Numbered from the stretch's first letter, positions 48,798 through 57,772 are shown. The stretch is 64,000 bases of DNA from Isoptericola halotolerans (GCF_013149785.1 NZ_JABEZU010000001.1:1240001-1304000); one strand, 5' to 3'. Translations and numbers: made by a program. The notes: a model not told the origin generated them from the letters alone.

Positions 48798-49934
48798 TCA
48801 GGCCCGGCTCTCCGTGCGGGGAGCCGGGCAGGACGGCGAGAGGCCGTCCGGGAGAGCGAGGTCGCCGAGACCGGCACCGAGGCCGCCGGCCGTCAGGTCC
48901 CGGTGGATGCGCCCGGTCGTCTCGCGCAGCGGACGACCGGAGCCGCCGTGCCGCGCGGCGACGATCTCGGCCAGGACCGACAGGGCGGTCTCCAGCGGGG
49001 ACACCCCGGACAGGTCCAGCCCGAGCGGGGAGTGCAGGCGTGCCAGGTCGACCTCGGCCACCCCGGCGGCGCGCAGCCGCTCGGCGCGACGGGCGACCGT
49101 CGCGCGTGCCCCCATCGCACCGACGAACCCGATCGGCAGCGACAGGGCGCGCCGGATGGCGGGGACGTCGAGCCGTTCGTCGTGGGTGAGCACGCAGACG
49201 GCCGTGCGGGAGTCGGTCTCGGACCCGGCGAGCCCGTCCAGGAACTCGTGGGGCAGCGCCGTCACCAGCCGGTCCGCGGCGGGGAACCGCGCGGGGGTGA
49301 CCAAGGTCTCCCACGGGTCGCAGACCGTCACGGCGAACCCGGCCGCGGCACCCAGGTGGCACAGTGCGGCGGCGTGCTCACCCGCTCCGAGGACGATCAG
49401 GCGGGCCCGCGGGGCGTGCTGCAGGACGAGGAGGTCGTCGCCGTCGTACGCGCCGGGCAGCAGCCGGCTCCCGCCGTCGGCGAGCGCCGCGGCGACCGAC
49501 GGGTCGAGGGGCGTCGGGAGGTCGACCGTGCGCCCGGTGTCGGGTCCGGAGACGACGACCGCGAGGGCAGCAGGCCGGTCCGCCGCGGCGTCCTGCAGCG
49601 CGCGGACCGTCCGGGCGTCGTCCGGGTCGAGGCGCTGGGCGACGACGTCGACCTGTCCGCCGCAGGCCAGCCCCGCCGCCTGCGCGGTCGCGTCGTCGAA
49701 GCCGAACCGTGCGGTCCGCGCTCCGCCGGTGGCGAGGGCCGCGTGGGCGAGCACGATCGCCTCGCTCTCGACGCAGCCGCCCGAGATCGAGCCGAGCACG
49801 GCGCCGTCTGTCGTGACGGCCATCGCGGCTCCGGCACCGCGGGGCGCGCTGCTGGCGACACGGACGACCGTCACCACCGCGACCGGTTCGGCCGCCCGGA
49901 TCAGCGCCAGCAGGTCCCGTGCCATCTCAAGCAT
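48798..49934 (-). CDS. xdhC: XdhC/CoxI molybdenum-cofactor chaperone
   Basis: SAPR..GA.M, GSISGGCVE, GLACGG, LTHD...D, GAMG.R, SPLGLD, ETALSV.AEI; start ATG 49934. Confidence 0.9.
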   Translation of the reverse strand: MLEMARDLLALIRAAEPVAVVTVVRVASSAPRGAGAAMAVTTDGAVLGSISGGCVESEAIVLAHAALATGGARTARFGFDDATAQAAGLACGGQVDVVAQRLDPDDARTVRALQDAAADRPAALAVVVSGPDTGRTVDLPTPLDPSVAAALADGGSRLLPGAYDGDDLLVLQHAPRARLIVLGAGEHAAALCHLGAAAGFAVTVCDPWETLVTPARFPAADRLVTALPHEFLDGLAGSETDSRTAVCVLTHDERLDVPAIRRALSLPIGFVGAMGARATVARRAERLRAAGVAEVDLARLHSPLGLDLSGVSPLETALSVLAEIVAARHGGSGRPLRETTGRIHRDLTAGGLGAGLGDLALPDGLSPSCPAPRTESRA

Positions 49935-49957
49935 GGACTGAAGTGTGCCCACGGCAT

Positions 49958-49984
49958 GTTTCGCGCGGGCTACGCTGCGGTGAC
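49958..49984 (-). promoter_or_regulatory. Degenerate GlnR-like box upstream of xdhC
   Basis: GTCAC-N6-GTAGC-N6-GAAAC on minus strand. Confidence 0.45.
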
Positions 49985-50004
49985 GCCTCGGAGCCGGAGG
50001 AATC

Positions 50005-50574
50005 ATGCGGGTGTGCGGACTGGTCCTTGCCGCAGGTGCCGGGTCGCGTTTCGGCGGGCCCAAGGGTCTGGCGCGCACGGCGTCGGGCGAACCGTGGGTG
50101 CGACGGGCGGTGCGGTCGCTGCAGGTCGCCGGGTGCGACGAGGTGCTGGTCGCCGTCGGTGCGCGGGGTGCGCAGGTGGCCTCGCTGGTGCCGTCGCCGG
50201 CCCGGGTGGTCGTCGTCCAGGACTGGGCCGAGGGTCTCGCGGCGACCCTGCGGGCCGGCCTGCTGGTGGCGGCCGACGGGGACGCGGACGTGCTGGTGGT
50301 GACGCCGGTGGACACCCCCGACGCCCCCGCCACGGCGGTGGTCCGGGTGGTCGAGGCCGGGCGGCGTGCGGCGCAACCGGCCTCCGCGGTCCTGGCCCGC
50401 GCGGTCTACGAGGGGCGACCCGGCCATCCGGTGGTGCTGGGCCGGTCCCACTGGGCCGGCGTGCAGGCGTCGTCGACCGGTGACAGCGGTGCCGGCCGGT
50501 ACCTGGCGGAGCACGGGGCGCTGGGGGTCGAGTGCGGCGACCTGTGGTCGGGGCTGGACGTCGACCGCGCCTAG
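50005..50574 (+). CDS. Molybdenum cofactor cytidylyltransferase (MocA-like)
   Basis: LAAGAGSRFG.PK, W..G...TLRAG, VD.P, PGHPV, GD.GA, DVD. Confidence 0.85.
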   Translation: MRVCGLVLAAGAGSRFGGPKGLARTASGEPWVRRAVRSLQVAGCDEVLVAVGARGAQVASLVPSPARVVVVQDWAEGLAATLRAGLLVAADGDADVLVVTPVDTPDAPATAVVRVVEAGRRAAQPASAVLARAVYEGRPGHPVVLGRSHWAGVQASSTGDSGAGRYLAEHGALGVECGDLWSGLDVDRA

Positions 50575-50583
50575 GCTGGTCCG

Positions 50584-52227
50584 GTGCATCTCGTCGCCTC
50601 GGACCTCACCTTCGGCTACCCCGGCCGTCCCGTCCTGTCCGGGGTCGACCTGCGGGTGTCGGCGGGGGTGCGCCTGGGGATCGTCGGGGAGAACGGCTCC
50701 GGCAAGTCCACGCTCCTGCACCTGCTCGCCGGCGACCTCGCGCCGTCGTCGGGCGAGGTGCGCCGCAGCGGGTCGCTCGCACTGGTGGAGCAGGAGCTCA
50801 CGGCACCGGCGGGCCGCACGGTGGGTGACCTGGTGGACGACACGCTCGCCGGCCTGCGGGCGCTCGCCGCGGACCTGGAGGCGGCGGCGGCCGCGTTCGA
50901 CCACGACGCGGGGGACCTGGCCGAGCTGAGCGAGCTGCTCTCCCGTGCCGAGGCGCTCGCGGCGTGGGACGCGGACCGGCGCGTCGACGAGGCGCTGACC
51001 CGGCTCGGCGCCGTCCGCGACCGGGACCGCATGCTCGCGTCGCTGTCCGTGGGGCAGCGCTACCGGGTACGACTGGCCTGTCGCCTTGCCGAGCGGGCGG
51101 ACCTGCTGCTGCTGGACGAGCCGACGAACCACCTCGACGACTCCGGGCTGGGCTACCTCACCGAGGCGGTCCTCGCCTGGCACGGGGGAGTCGTGCTGGT
51201 CACCCACGACCGCGAGCTCATCGACGACGTGGTCACCGGGGTGTACGACCTCGACCCGTCGATGAACGGCGTCCCCGTGCTCTACGGCCAGCCCGGGTAC
51301 CTGTCCTACCGGTTCGCGAAGAACCAGGCGCTGCAGCGGTGGAAGCAGCGGTACCGGTCGGAGCAGAAGCGCGCCGCCGAGCTCGCGTTCCGCCTGGACC
51401 GGTCCTACGAGGGGCTCTCCGACGAGTGGCGACCGCCCAAGGGATCGCAGAAGCACCGCCGCGGCACCCGTGCGCGCATCCACGTCAAGGCAGCCGACCG
51501 GCTGGTCGAGAAGCTCGAGGCCGAGGCGGTCGACGTGCCACCGCCGCCGCTGGAGCTCACGTTCCCCGACCTGCCGGCCCTGTCGCCGGGCTGGGACCCG
51601 GCCGACCCCCTGGTCGACCTGCGCTCACCACGCGTCGAGGCGCCCGACGGCGGGGTGCGGCTCGACCTGCCCGGCACCCGTCTGGCCGTGCCGCCGTCGG
51701 GCCGGCTGCTGATCGTCGGCCCCAACGGCACCGGCAAGTCGACCCTGCTCGGGGCGTTCGCCGGCACCCTGCCGCTCGCTCGTGGCACCCGGACGTCGCG
51801 CGACGGGATGCGGATCGGCGTCGTCGGCCAGGAGGGCAGGGTGCCCGACGGCGGGCCTGCGGCGGGGCGGTCGGGGTTCGACGCGTACGCGGCCGAGGCG
51901 CTCGTGCTGCTGGAGCGCGGCGAGCTGGACCCCGACCACCTGGTCCCGGTGGCGGCGCTGGGCCTGCTCACCGAGGACGAGCTGGACCGGCCGCTGGCCG
52001 AGCTGAGCGTCGGGCAGCGGCGGCGGTTCGACCTCGCCCTCGCCCTGCTGCACGCGCCGCACCTGCTGGTGCTCGACGAGCCCACCAACCACCTGTCGGT
52101 CGACCTGGTCGACGCGCTGACCCTCGCTTTCGAGCGGACGTCGGCCGCCGTCGTCGTCGCCACGCACGACCGCCGGATGCGCAGCGACCTGGCCGCCTGG
52201 CCGGTGCTGGACCTGGGCGACGCCTGA
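50584..52227 (+). CDS. ABC-F family ATPase
   Basis: Two NBDs (GENGSGKS, GPNGTGKS; LSVGQ twice; LDEPTNHL twice), no TM segments. Confidence 0.92.
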   Translation: MHLVASDLTFGYPGRPVLSGVDLRVSAGVRLGIVGENGSGKSTLLHLLAGDLAPSSGEVRRSGSLALVEQELTAPAGRTVGDLVDDTLAGLRALAADLEAAAAAFDHDAGDLAELSELLSRAEALAAWDADRRVDEALTRLGAVRDRDRMLASLSVGQRYRVRLACRLAERADLLLLDEPTNHLDDSGLGYLTEAVLAWHGGVVLVTHDRELIDDVVTGVYDLDPSMNGVPVLYGQPGYLSYRFAKNQALQRWKQRYRSEQKRAAELAFRLDRSYEGLSDEWRPPKGSQKHRRGTRARIHVKAADRLVEKLEAEAVDVPPPPLELTFPDLPALSPGWDPADPLVDLRSPRVEAPDGGVRLDLPGTRLAVPPSGRLLIVGPNGTGKSTLLGAFAGTLPLARGTRTSRDGMRIGVVGQEGRVPDGGPAAGRSGFDAYAAEALVLLERGELDPDHLVPVAALGLLTEDELDRPLAELSVGQRRRFDLALALLHAPHLLVLDEPTNHLSVDLVDALTLAFERTSAAVVVATHDRRMRSDLAAWPVLDLGDA

Positions 52228-52246
52228 CCGGCGACGCCGCAGGCGG

Positions 52247-52678
52247 TCAGGGCCGGGCTGCCCCGGCGTCCTCCGAGTCGTCCCAGAGCGGGGCGACCAC
52301 CACGTTGCCCTGCTGGTCCACGCTGCGTCCGCCCCGCTCGAGCCACGACCGGTACCACCGCGGCAGCGCGACGTCCGGCCACCAGTACATGGCGACCAGA
52401 AGGATCGGCGTCGTGACGACCACGGTCCAGAGCCACACGTCCTCCGACCTGTCGTAGCCGAGGAGCGTCGAGGTCAGCGCCGGCACCCACAGGTAGCCGA
52501 TCAACCCGCCGACGCCGATCTGGAGCGGCAGGTAGTTGCGCTTCGTGTAGAACATCGGCGCCAGCGGAAGCGCCGCCCAGCTGCGCCGTCTGCCCCGCCA
52601 CGCAGAGATCCCGTAGAGCAGACAGGGAAGCGCGACCGGCGTCACCATCAAGGTCGCCAGGACCAGCTCGAACACCAT
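52247..52678 (-). CDS. Hypothetical membrane protein
   Basis: About three TM helices, WWP...LPRWYR; abuts upstream stop. Confidence 0.65.
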   Translation of the reverse strand: MVFELVLATLMVTPVALPCLLYGISAWRGRRRSWAALPLAPMFYTKRNYLPLQIGVGGLIGYLWVPALTSTLLGYDRSEDVWLWTVVVTTPILLVAMYWWPDVALPRWYRSWLERGGRSVDQQGNVVVAPLWDDSEDAGAARP

Positions 52679-53248
52679 CTAGTCGAGGCGGCCGACGTGC
52701 GCCATCGCCTGGCGTACGAGCGTGCCCTGCCCGTTGACCATCTCGGCCTGCACGGTGTCGCTGCACGCCTCCTCGGGCGTGAGCCAGGCGAGGTCGAGGG
52801 CGTTCTGCTGCGGCCGGCAGTCGCCGTTGACCGGCACCACGTAGGCGAGCGAGATCGCGTGCTGGCGCGGGTCGTGGAACGGGGTGATGCCCGGGGTGGG
52901 GAAGTACTCGGCCACCGTGAACGGTTGGGGCGACGCGGGGATCTGCGGCAGTGCGACGGGGCCGAGGTCCTTCTCGATGTGCCGCAGCAGCGCGTCGCGC
53001 ACCCGCTCGTGGTAGAGCACGCGGCCGGAGACGAGGGCGCGGGTCATCGAGCCCAACGGGGTGGCACGCAGCAGCAGGCCGACGGACACCACGTCGCCCG
53101 ACTCGTCGACACGCACCGGGACGGCGTCGACGTACACCAGGGGCAGCTGGGCACGCGCGGCGGCGATCTCCTCGGGTGTCAGCCACCCGGACTGCCCGGA
53201 CGAGGGCTCGTGCTCGTCGTCCGGAGGGAACTCGGCAGTGTCGGTCAC
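52679..53248 (-). CDS. DUF4916 NUDIX-like protein
   Basis: LP.VYVDAVPVR, VSGRVLYHE, EKDLGP, DPRQHA..L.Y. Confidence 0.85.
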   Translation of the reverse strand: MTDTAEFPPDDEHEPSSGQSGWLTPEEIAAARAQLPLVYVDAVPVRVDESGDVVSVGLLLRATPLGSMTRALVSGRVLYHERVRDALLRHIEKDLGPVALPQIPASPQPFTVAEYFPTPGITPFHDPRQHAISLAYVVPVNGDCRPQQNALDLAWLTPEEACSDTVQAEMVNGQGTLVRQAMAHVGRLD

Positions 53249-53391
53249 CCCTCGTTTCTACCAGCCCGACGACCGTCCCGGCGTGCTGTCGGCGTCGGGT
53301 CCCGGTGACGTGGGCCACGTGGGCCGGCCACGGAATACTCCGGTGCGTGCGGGCGCTGTGCCAAGGAGCAACCCCCACGAGAGGACTTCGT

Positions 53392-53769
53392 ATGGCCACC
53401 GTCGAACTCACCGACGACACGTTCGAGCAGGCGATCAAGGACAACGACATCGTGCTGGTCGACTTCTGGGCCTCCTGGTGCGGCCCGTGTCGTCAGTTCG
53501 CACCCGTCTTCGAGGCGTCGAGCGAGCAGAACGCCGACGTCGTCCACGCCAAGATCGACACCGAGGCCCAGCAGCAGATCGCGGCGGCCGCCGGAGTCAC
53601 GGCGATCCCGACGCTCATGGCGTTCCGCGAGGGCGTGCTCGTCTTCAACCAGGCCGGTGCGCTGCCGGCCCCGCAGCTCAAGCAGGTCGTCGACGCCGTC
53701 AAGGGGCTCGACATGGACGAGGTGCGCACCCAGATCGCCGCCGCGTCGAACGGCGAGCAGCAGGGCTGA
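53392..53769 (+). CDS. trxA: Thioredoxin
   Basis: DFWASWCGPC, IPTL; GAGGA SD. Confidence 0.95.
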   Translation: MATVELTDDTFEQAIKDNDIVLVDFWASWCGPCRQFAPVFEASSEQNADVVHAKIDTEAQQQIAAAAGVTAIPTLMAFREGVLVFNQAGALPAPQLKQVVDAVKGLDMDEVRTQIAAASNGEQQG

Positions 53770-53784
53770 GCCACCCGAGACCGT

Positions 53785-53823
53785 CGACGGCCGCCACCGG
53801 ACCTGTTCCGGTGGCGGCCGTCG
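53785..53823. terminator. Perfect 17-bp hairpin between convergent trxA and tRNA-Leu
   Basis: CGACGGCCGCCACCGGA-cctgt-TCCGGTGGCGGCCGTCG. Confidence 0.78.
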
Positions 53824-53827
53824 TGCG

Positions 53828-53913
53828 TGGTGCGCGAGGCGGGACTCGAACCCGCACGTCCGAAGACACTGGAACCTAAATCCAGCGCGTCTACCTGATT
53901 CCGCCACTCGCGC
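53828..53913 (-). tRNA. tRNA-Leu (anticodon TAG)
   Basis: Acceptor stem GCGCGAG/CTCGCGC, anticodon arm CTGGA-TTTAGGT-TCCAG, long variable arm, TTCGAGT loop, encoded CCA; 86 nt. Confidence 0.97.
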
Positions 53914-53959
53914 TCGCCCCGATCCTACGGCTGCCGCGCACCGGGCCGGGCGGGTCGGC

Positions 53960-54436
53960 TCAGTCGAGCCCGAGGGCCTTGCGCAGCCGGGCGACGTGGC
54001 CGGTCGCCTTGACGTTGTACTGGGCGAGCGAGACCGTGCCGTCGGTGCCGACCACCACGGTCGAGCGGATGACGCCCACGACGGTGCGCCCGTAGTTCTT
54101 CTTCTCGCCCCAGGCGCCGTAGGCCTCGAGGACCTCGCGCTCCGGGTCGGAGGCGAGGGGGAACGTCAGCGCGTCGCGCTCGACGAACGCCGCGAGCTTG
54201 GCCGGCTCGTCGGGGGAGATGCCGACGACGGCGTAGCCCGCTCCCTGCAGCGCCGCCAGCGAGTCGCGGAAGTCGCAGGCCTCGGTGGTGCAGCCGGGCG
54301 TCATCGCCGCGGGGTAGAAGTACACGACGACGCCGCGCTCGGCCTCTGCGCGCAGCGTCGAGAGCGAGACACGGCCACCGTCGGCGGTCGTGAGCGTGAA
54401 GTCGGGTGCGGTGTCGCCGACGGCGAGACGGGTCAC
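53960..54436 (-). CDS. bcp: Peroxiredoxin Bcp
   Basis: GD.APDFTL, YFYPAAMTPGCTTEACDF, GVIRST; GAGGAG SD. Confidence 0.95.
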   Translation of the reverse strand: MTRLAVGDTAPDFTLTTADGGRVSLSTLRAEAERGVVVYFYPAAMTPGCTTEACDFRDSLAALQGAGYAVVGISPDEPAKLAAFVERDALTFPLASDPEREVLEAYGAWGEKKNYGRTVVGVIRSTVVVGTDGTVSLAQYNVKATGHVARLRKALGLD

Positions 54437-54528
54437 GGGGATGGCTCCTCGGGAGGGCGGTGCGGGACGGCCCGAGCCTAGCGTCAGCGGAGCACGGAAG
54501 CCGGTGGCGCTCGCGTAGCGTAGGGCCC

Positions 54529-54903
54529 GTGAGCTCCGCAGCATCCAGCACCACGTCCCCCGCCGGCACCCCGGCCGTCCGGACGGACGAACCGTTGCCC
54601 ATCCGCATGCTCCACGACCGCGTGCTCGTGGACCCGGAGACCGACCGTTCCGAGCGGCAGTCCTCGGCCGGGCTCGTGATCCCGGCGACGGCAGCGGGTC
54701 CCAAGCGGCTGACCTGGGCCACCGTGGTCGCCAAGGGGGAGCACGTGCGTCAGGTGGCCGTGGGCGACCGGGTGCTCTACGACCCGGAGGAGCGTGCCGA
54801 GGTCGACCTGGGCGGTACCGACTACGTGCTGCTGCGCGAGCGCGACGTGCACGCCGTGGCCGAGCGCTCGGACGACGCCGGGACCACCGGCCTGTACCTC
54901 TGA
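54529..54903 (+). CDS. Orphan GroES/Cpn10-fold protein with C-terminal TGLYL
   Basis: MLHDRVLV, AGLVIP, VVA.G, VGDRVLY, YVLLRERDV.AV; no groEL adjacent. Confidence 0.88.
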   Translation: MSSAASSTTSPAGTPAVRTDEPLPIRMLHDRVLVDPETDRSERQSSAGLVIPATAAGPKRLTWATVVAKGEHVRQVAVGDRVLYDPEERAEVDLGGTDYVLLRERDVHAVAERSDDAGTTGLYL

Positions 54904-54987
54904 GGGCTGTCGTGCAGGTCACAGCGGTCCAGGGCGCATCCGGGTACCTGCCGCGGCGCAGAGCCTGGTAATGTTTCACACCGCTAC

Positions 54988-55063
<76 letters not shown>

Positions 55064-55109
55064 GCGAGGACTGCGGATCGGTGATCGATCGTGGTTCGCG
55101 CGTCTCCAT

Positions 55110-55185
<76 letters not shown>

Positions 55186-55186
55186 C

Positions 55187-55218
55187 GAAGGCCCCGTCGC
55201 AGCAGCGACGGGGCCTTC
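55187..55218 (+). terminator. Intrinsic terminator of the tRNA-Lys pair
   Basis: 14-bp perfect stem GAAGGCCCCGTCGC/GCGACGGGGCCTTC followed by TTCGTT. Confidence 0.85.
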
Positions 55219-55258
55219 TTCGTTGGTGCGTGCGTGCCGGGCGCGGCACGATGGACCG

Positions 55259-55666
55259 ATGATCTCCACCGAGCTCGCCACCCGCCTGCGCGACGCCGGG
55301 CTGATCTGGAAGCCGACGGACGGTGACAGGTTTCACATCGACGCACCGGAGCTGGCCGCCGAGGTGTTCACGGTGTCCACCCTCACCATCGAGGCGCACC
55401 ACTTCCCGACCGGCACGGTCCTCGGCTTCAACGGGACCACGGAGTGGGCCCTGGACTCGGTCGACATCGAGGACACCCTCTGGTTGCCGCGCGAGGACCA
55501 GCTCCGCTCGCTGCTCGGCAGCACCTTCCGCTCCCTGACGTCCGACGGCGGCGACCACGTCGTCGAGGTCGACCTGCTCGGGCGGCGGCGGACCTTCACC
55601 GCGGCGGAGGTGGCGGACGCCTACGCGCAGGCGTTGCTCGCCCTGATGGAGCTGTCCGACGACTGA
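55259..55666 (+). CDS. Conserved actinobacterial hypothetical protein
   Basis: L..AGL.W.P..GDRF, GFNGTTEWALDS, WLPREDQLR; clean protein-like composition. Confidence 0.75.
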   Translation: MISTELATRLRDAGLIWKPTDGDRFHIDAPELAAEVFTVSTLTIEAHHFPTGTVLGFNGTTEWALDSVDIEDTLWLPREDQLRSLLGSTFRSLTSDGGDHVVEVDLLGRRRTFTAAEVADAYAQALLALMELSDD

Positions 55667-55690
55667 CAGCTCGCGCCGTACCCTGGTGCG

Positions 55691-56497
55691 GTGCCCGAGA
55701 CTCCATCGCGACCCGACGAGCTGCGCCCGCCGACCGAGCGGCGCGCCGGCGAGAACTTCTTCCGCCGTCCGCTCAGCTACGTGCGACGCACCGAGCGTCT
55801 GACCGTCGGGCAGCAGCGGGCGTGGGACACGCGCCGGCACCGCTATCTCGTCGACGTGCCGCGCGAGCACCGCGAGCTGTCCGTCCACCCGGACTGGAGC
55901 TTCGACGCGGCGGCGGAGTTCGGCCGCACGGCGCCCGTGGTCCTGGAGATCGGCACCGGCCTGGGGGAGTGCATCGTGCACGCCGCGGCCGGCCACCCCG
56001 AGCGCGACCACGTCGCCGTCGAGGTGTACACCCCCGGCGTCGCCCAGGTGATCGTCCGGGCCGGGCACGGCGGGGCGGACCCGGCCGACGCCGGCGGAGC
56101 TCCGGGCCGGGACCTGGACAACCTGCGGATCATGCAGGTCGACGCCCTCGAGCTGCTGCGCCACGGCCTGCCGGAGGCGAGCCTGGACGAGCTGTGGGTG
56201 TTCTTCCCGGACCCGTGGCCCAAGCAGCGCCATCACAAGCGGCGCCTCGTCTCCCCGGAGTTCGCCGTGCTCGCCGCCCGCGTGCTGCGCCCGGGCGGGC
56301 GGTGGCGGCTGGCCACGGACTGGGCCCAGTACGGCGAGGTGATGCTGAAGGTCGGTGACGCCGCGGAGGGCTTCCGCAACGCCCACGGCCCGGGCGGGCG
56401 GGCGCCACGGTTCGAGGGGCGGGTCATGACGAGCTTCGAGCGCAAGGGCCTGGACGCAGGACGCGAGATCACGGACCTGGAGTTCGTGCGCGTCTGA
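55691..56497 (+). CDS. trmB: tRNA (guanine-N7)-methyltransferase
   Basis: LEIG.G.G, FFPDPWPK.RHHKRR, ATDW..Y, T.FE.KG. Confidence 0.96.
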   Translation: MPETPSRPDELRPPTERRAGENFFRRPLSYVRRTERLTVGQQRAWDTRRHRYLVDVPREHRELSVHPDWSFDAAAEFGRTAPVVLEIGTGLGECIVHAAAGHPERDHVAVEVYTPGVAQVIVRAGHGGADPADAGGAPGRDLDNLRIMQVDALELLRHGLPEASLDELWVFFPDPWPKQRHHKRRLVSPEFAVLAARVLRPGGRWRLATDWAQYGEVMLKVGDAAEGFRNAHGPGGRAPRFEGRVMTSFERKGLDAGREITDLEFVRV

Positions 56498-56532
56498 ACC
56501 GTTCCAACCCCGGACCGGCCCAGACACCGGGG

Positions 56533-56546
56533 TGGGAGCGCTCCAC
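56533..56546. promoter_or_regulatory. CelR/CebR-box-like LacI operator TGGGAGCGCTCCAC
   Basis: 12 of 14 bases match TGGGAGCGCTCCCA; upstream of a sugar ABC operon. Confidence 0.5.
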
Positions 56547-56666
56547 TCCGTTGTCGAACTGTGACCGCACTTCACCCCTCGACGCGGGTCCCGGTGGTGC
56601 ACAATCCGAGAGGTCACCGCCGACGACGACGGCGACTGAAATCGATATCACGAGGGAGTGATCACG

Positions 56667-57764
56667 ATGAGGCGTTCACGGTGGTACGGGGTCTCGGCGG
56701 TCGTCGCAACGGCTGCTCTGGTCCTGACAGGCTGTTCCGACGGGTCCGGGAGCGGTGGTGGCGGTGAGACCGACGGCGAGGCCGGCGGCGAGGCCGAGGG
56801 CGACATGACCGGGACGCGGGCCTGCGTCATCCTGCCGGACGCCGCCTCGTCGCCCCGCTGGGAGAACATGGACCGGCCGGCGCTCGAGGAGGGCCTGGCC
56901 GCCGCCGGTTTCGACAGCGACGTCCAGAACGCCCAGGGTGACACCAACATGTACGCGACGATCGCCGACCAGCAGCTCACCCAGGGCTGCGGCGTCATGC
57001 TGCTCGTCGACTACAACGGTGCGGCGCTGGCCGTCACCGAGAAGGCGCAGGCCCAGGGCATCCCCGTCATCGCCTACGACCGCCCCATCGAGGGCGCGGA
57101 CTACTACGTGTCGTTCGACAACGTCGAGGTGGGCAGGCTCGAGGGTCAGGCGATCGTCCAGGGCCTGGAGGACGCGGGCGTGGACCCGGCCGAGGCGACG
57201 GTCGTGTACATGGGCGGGGACCCGGCCGACGGCAACGCGGCGATGTTCCACGAAGGGGCCGACGAGGTCATGTCGGCCGCGGGCATCACCCCGGCGGCCG
57301 AGCCCCCGGGGGTCTGGGACGGCGAGGAGTCCGCGACGAACTTCGAGCAGGCGCTGACCTCGCTCGGTGGTGAGGTGGACGCGGTGTGGGTCGCCAACGA
57401 CACCAACGCCGCCGGCGTCATCACGGTGCTCGACAAGCAGGGGCTGACGGTGCCGGTCTCCGGCCAGGACGCCTCCGTGGCCGGGCTGCAGAACGTGCTC
57501 CTCGGCAAGCAGACCGCCACCGTGTACAAGCAGGTCACCCTGCAGGCCGAGGCCGCTGTCGACACCGCGGTGGCGCTCCTGGAGGGCGAGGAGCCGCAGG
57601 CCGACCAGCAGCTCGACGACGGCACCCCGTACATCGCCGTCACGCCCGTCCTCGTGGGGCCGGAGGAGGTCGCGACGGTCATCGACAACGGTGACGCCGA
57701 CGCCGCCGAGGTCTGCCAGGGCGAGGTCGCCGAGAAGTGCGACGAGCAGGGCATCGAGTACTGA
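56667..57764 (+). CDS. Monosaccharide ABC substrate-binding lipoprotein (XylF-like)
   Basis: Lipobox LTGC, RWE..D, NAQGD, IAYDR, SFDN..VG, ANDT.A, SGQDA, TVYK. Confidence 0.88.
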   Translation: MRRSRWYGVSAVVATAALVLTGCSDGSGSGGGGETDGEAGGEAEGDMTGTRACVILPDAASSPRWENMDRPALEEGLAAAGFDSDVQNAQGDTNMYATIADQQLTQGCGVMLLVDYNGAALAVTEKAQAQGIPVIAYDRPIEGADYYVSFDNVEVGRLEGQAIVQGLEDAGVDPAEATVVYMGGDPADGNAAMFHEGADEVMSAAGITPAAEPPGVWDGEESATNFEQALTSLGGEVDAVWVANDTNAAGVITVLDKQGLTVPVSGQDASVAGLQNVLLGKQTATVYKQVTLQAEAAVDTAVALLEGEEPQADQQLDDGTPYIAVTPVLVGPEEVATVIDNGDADAAEVCQGEVAEKCDEQGIEY

Positions 57765-57772
57765 GTCGCCGG

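Noticed and set aside
32506..50574. Purine cluster as a recently acquired genomic island
   Set aside because: No visible compositional shift, mobility gene or flanking direct repeat; cannot be tested without comparison to relatives
55259..55666. Pilus-assembly (CpaE) role for this conserved protein
   Set aside because: No receiver or MinD-like ATPase motifs and no tad genes nearby
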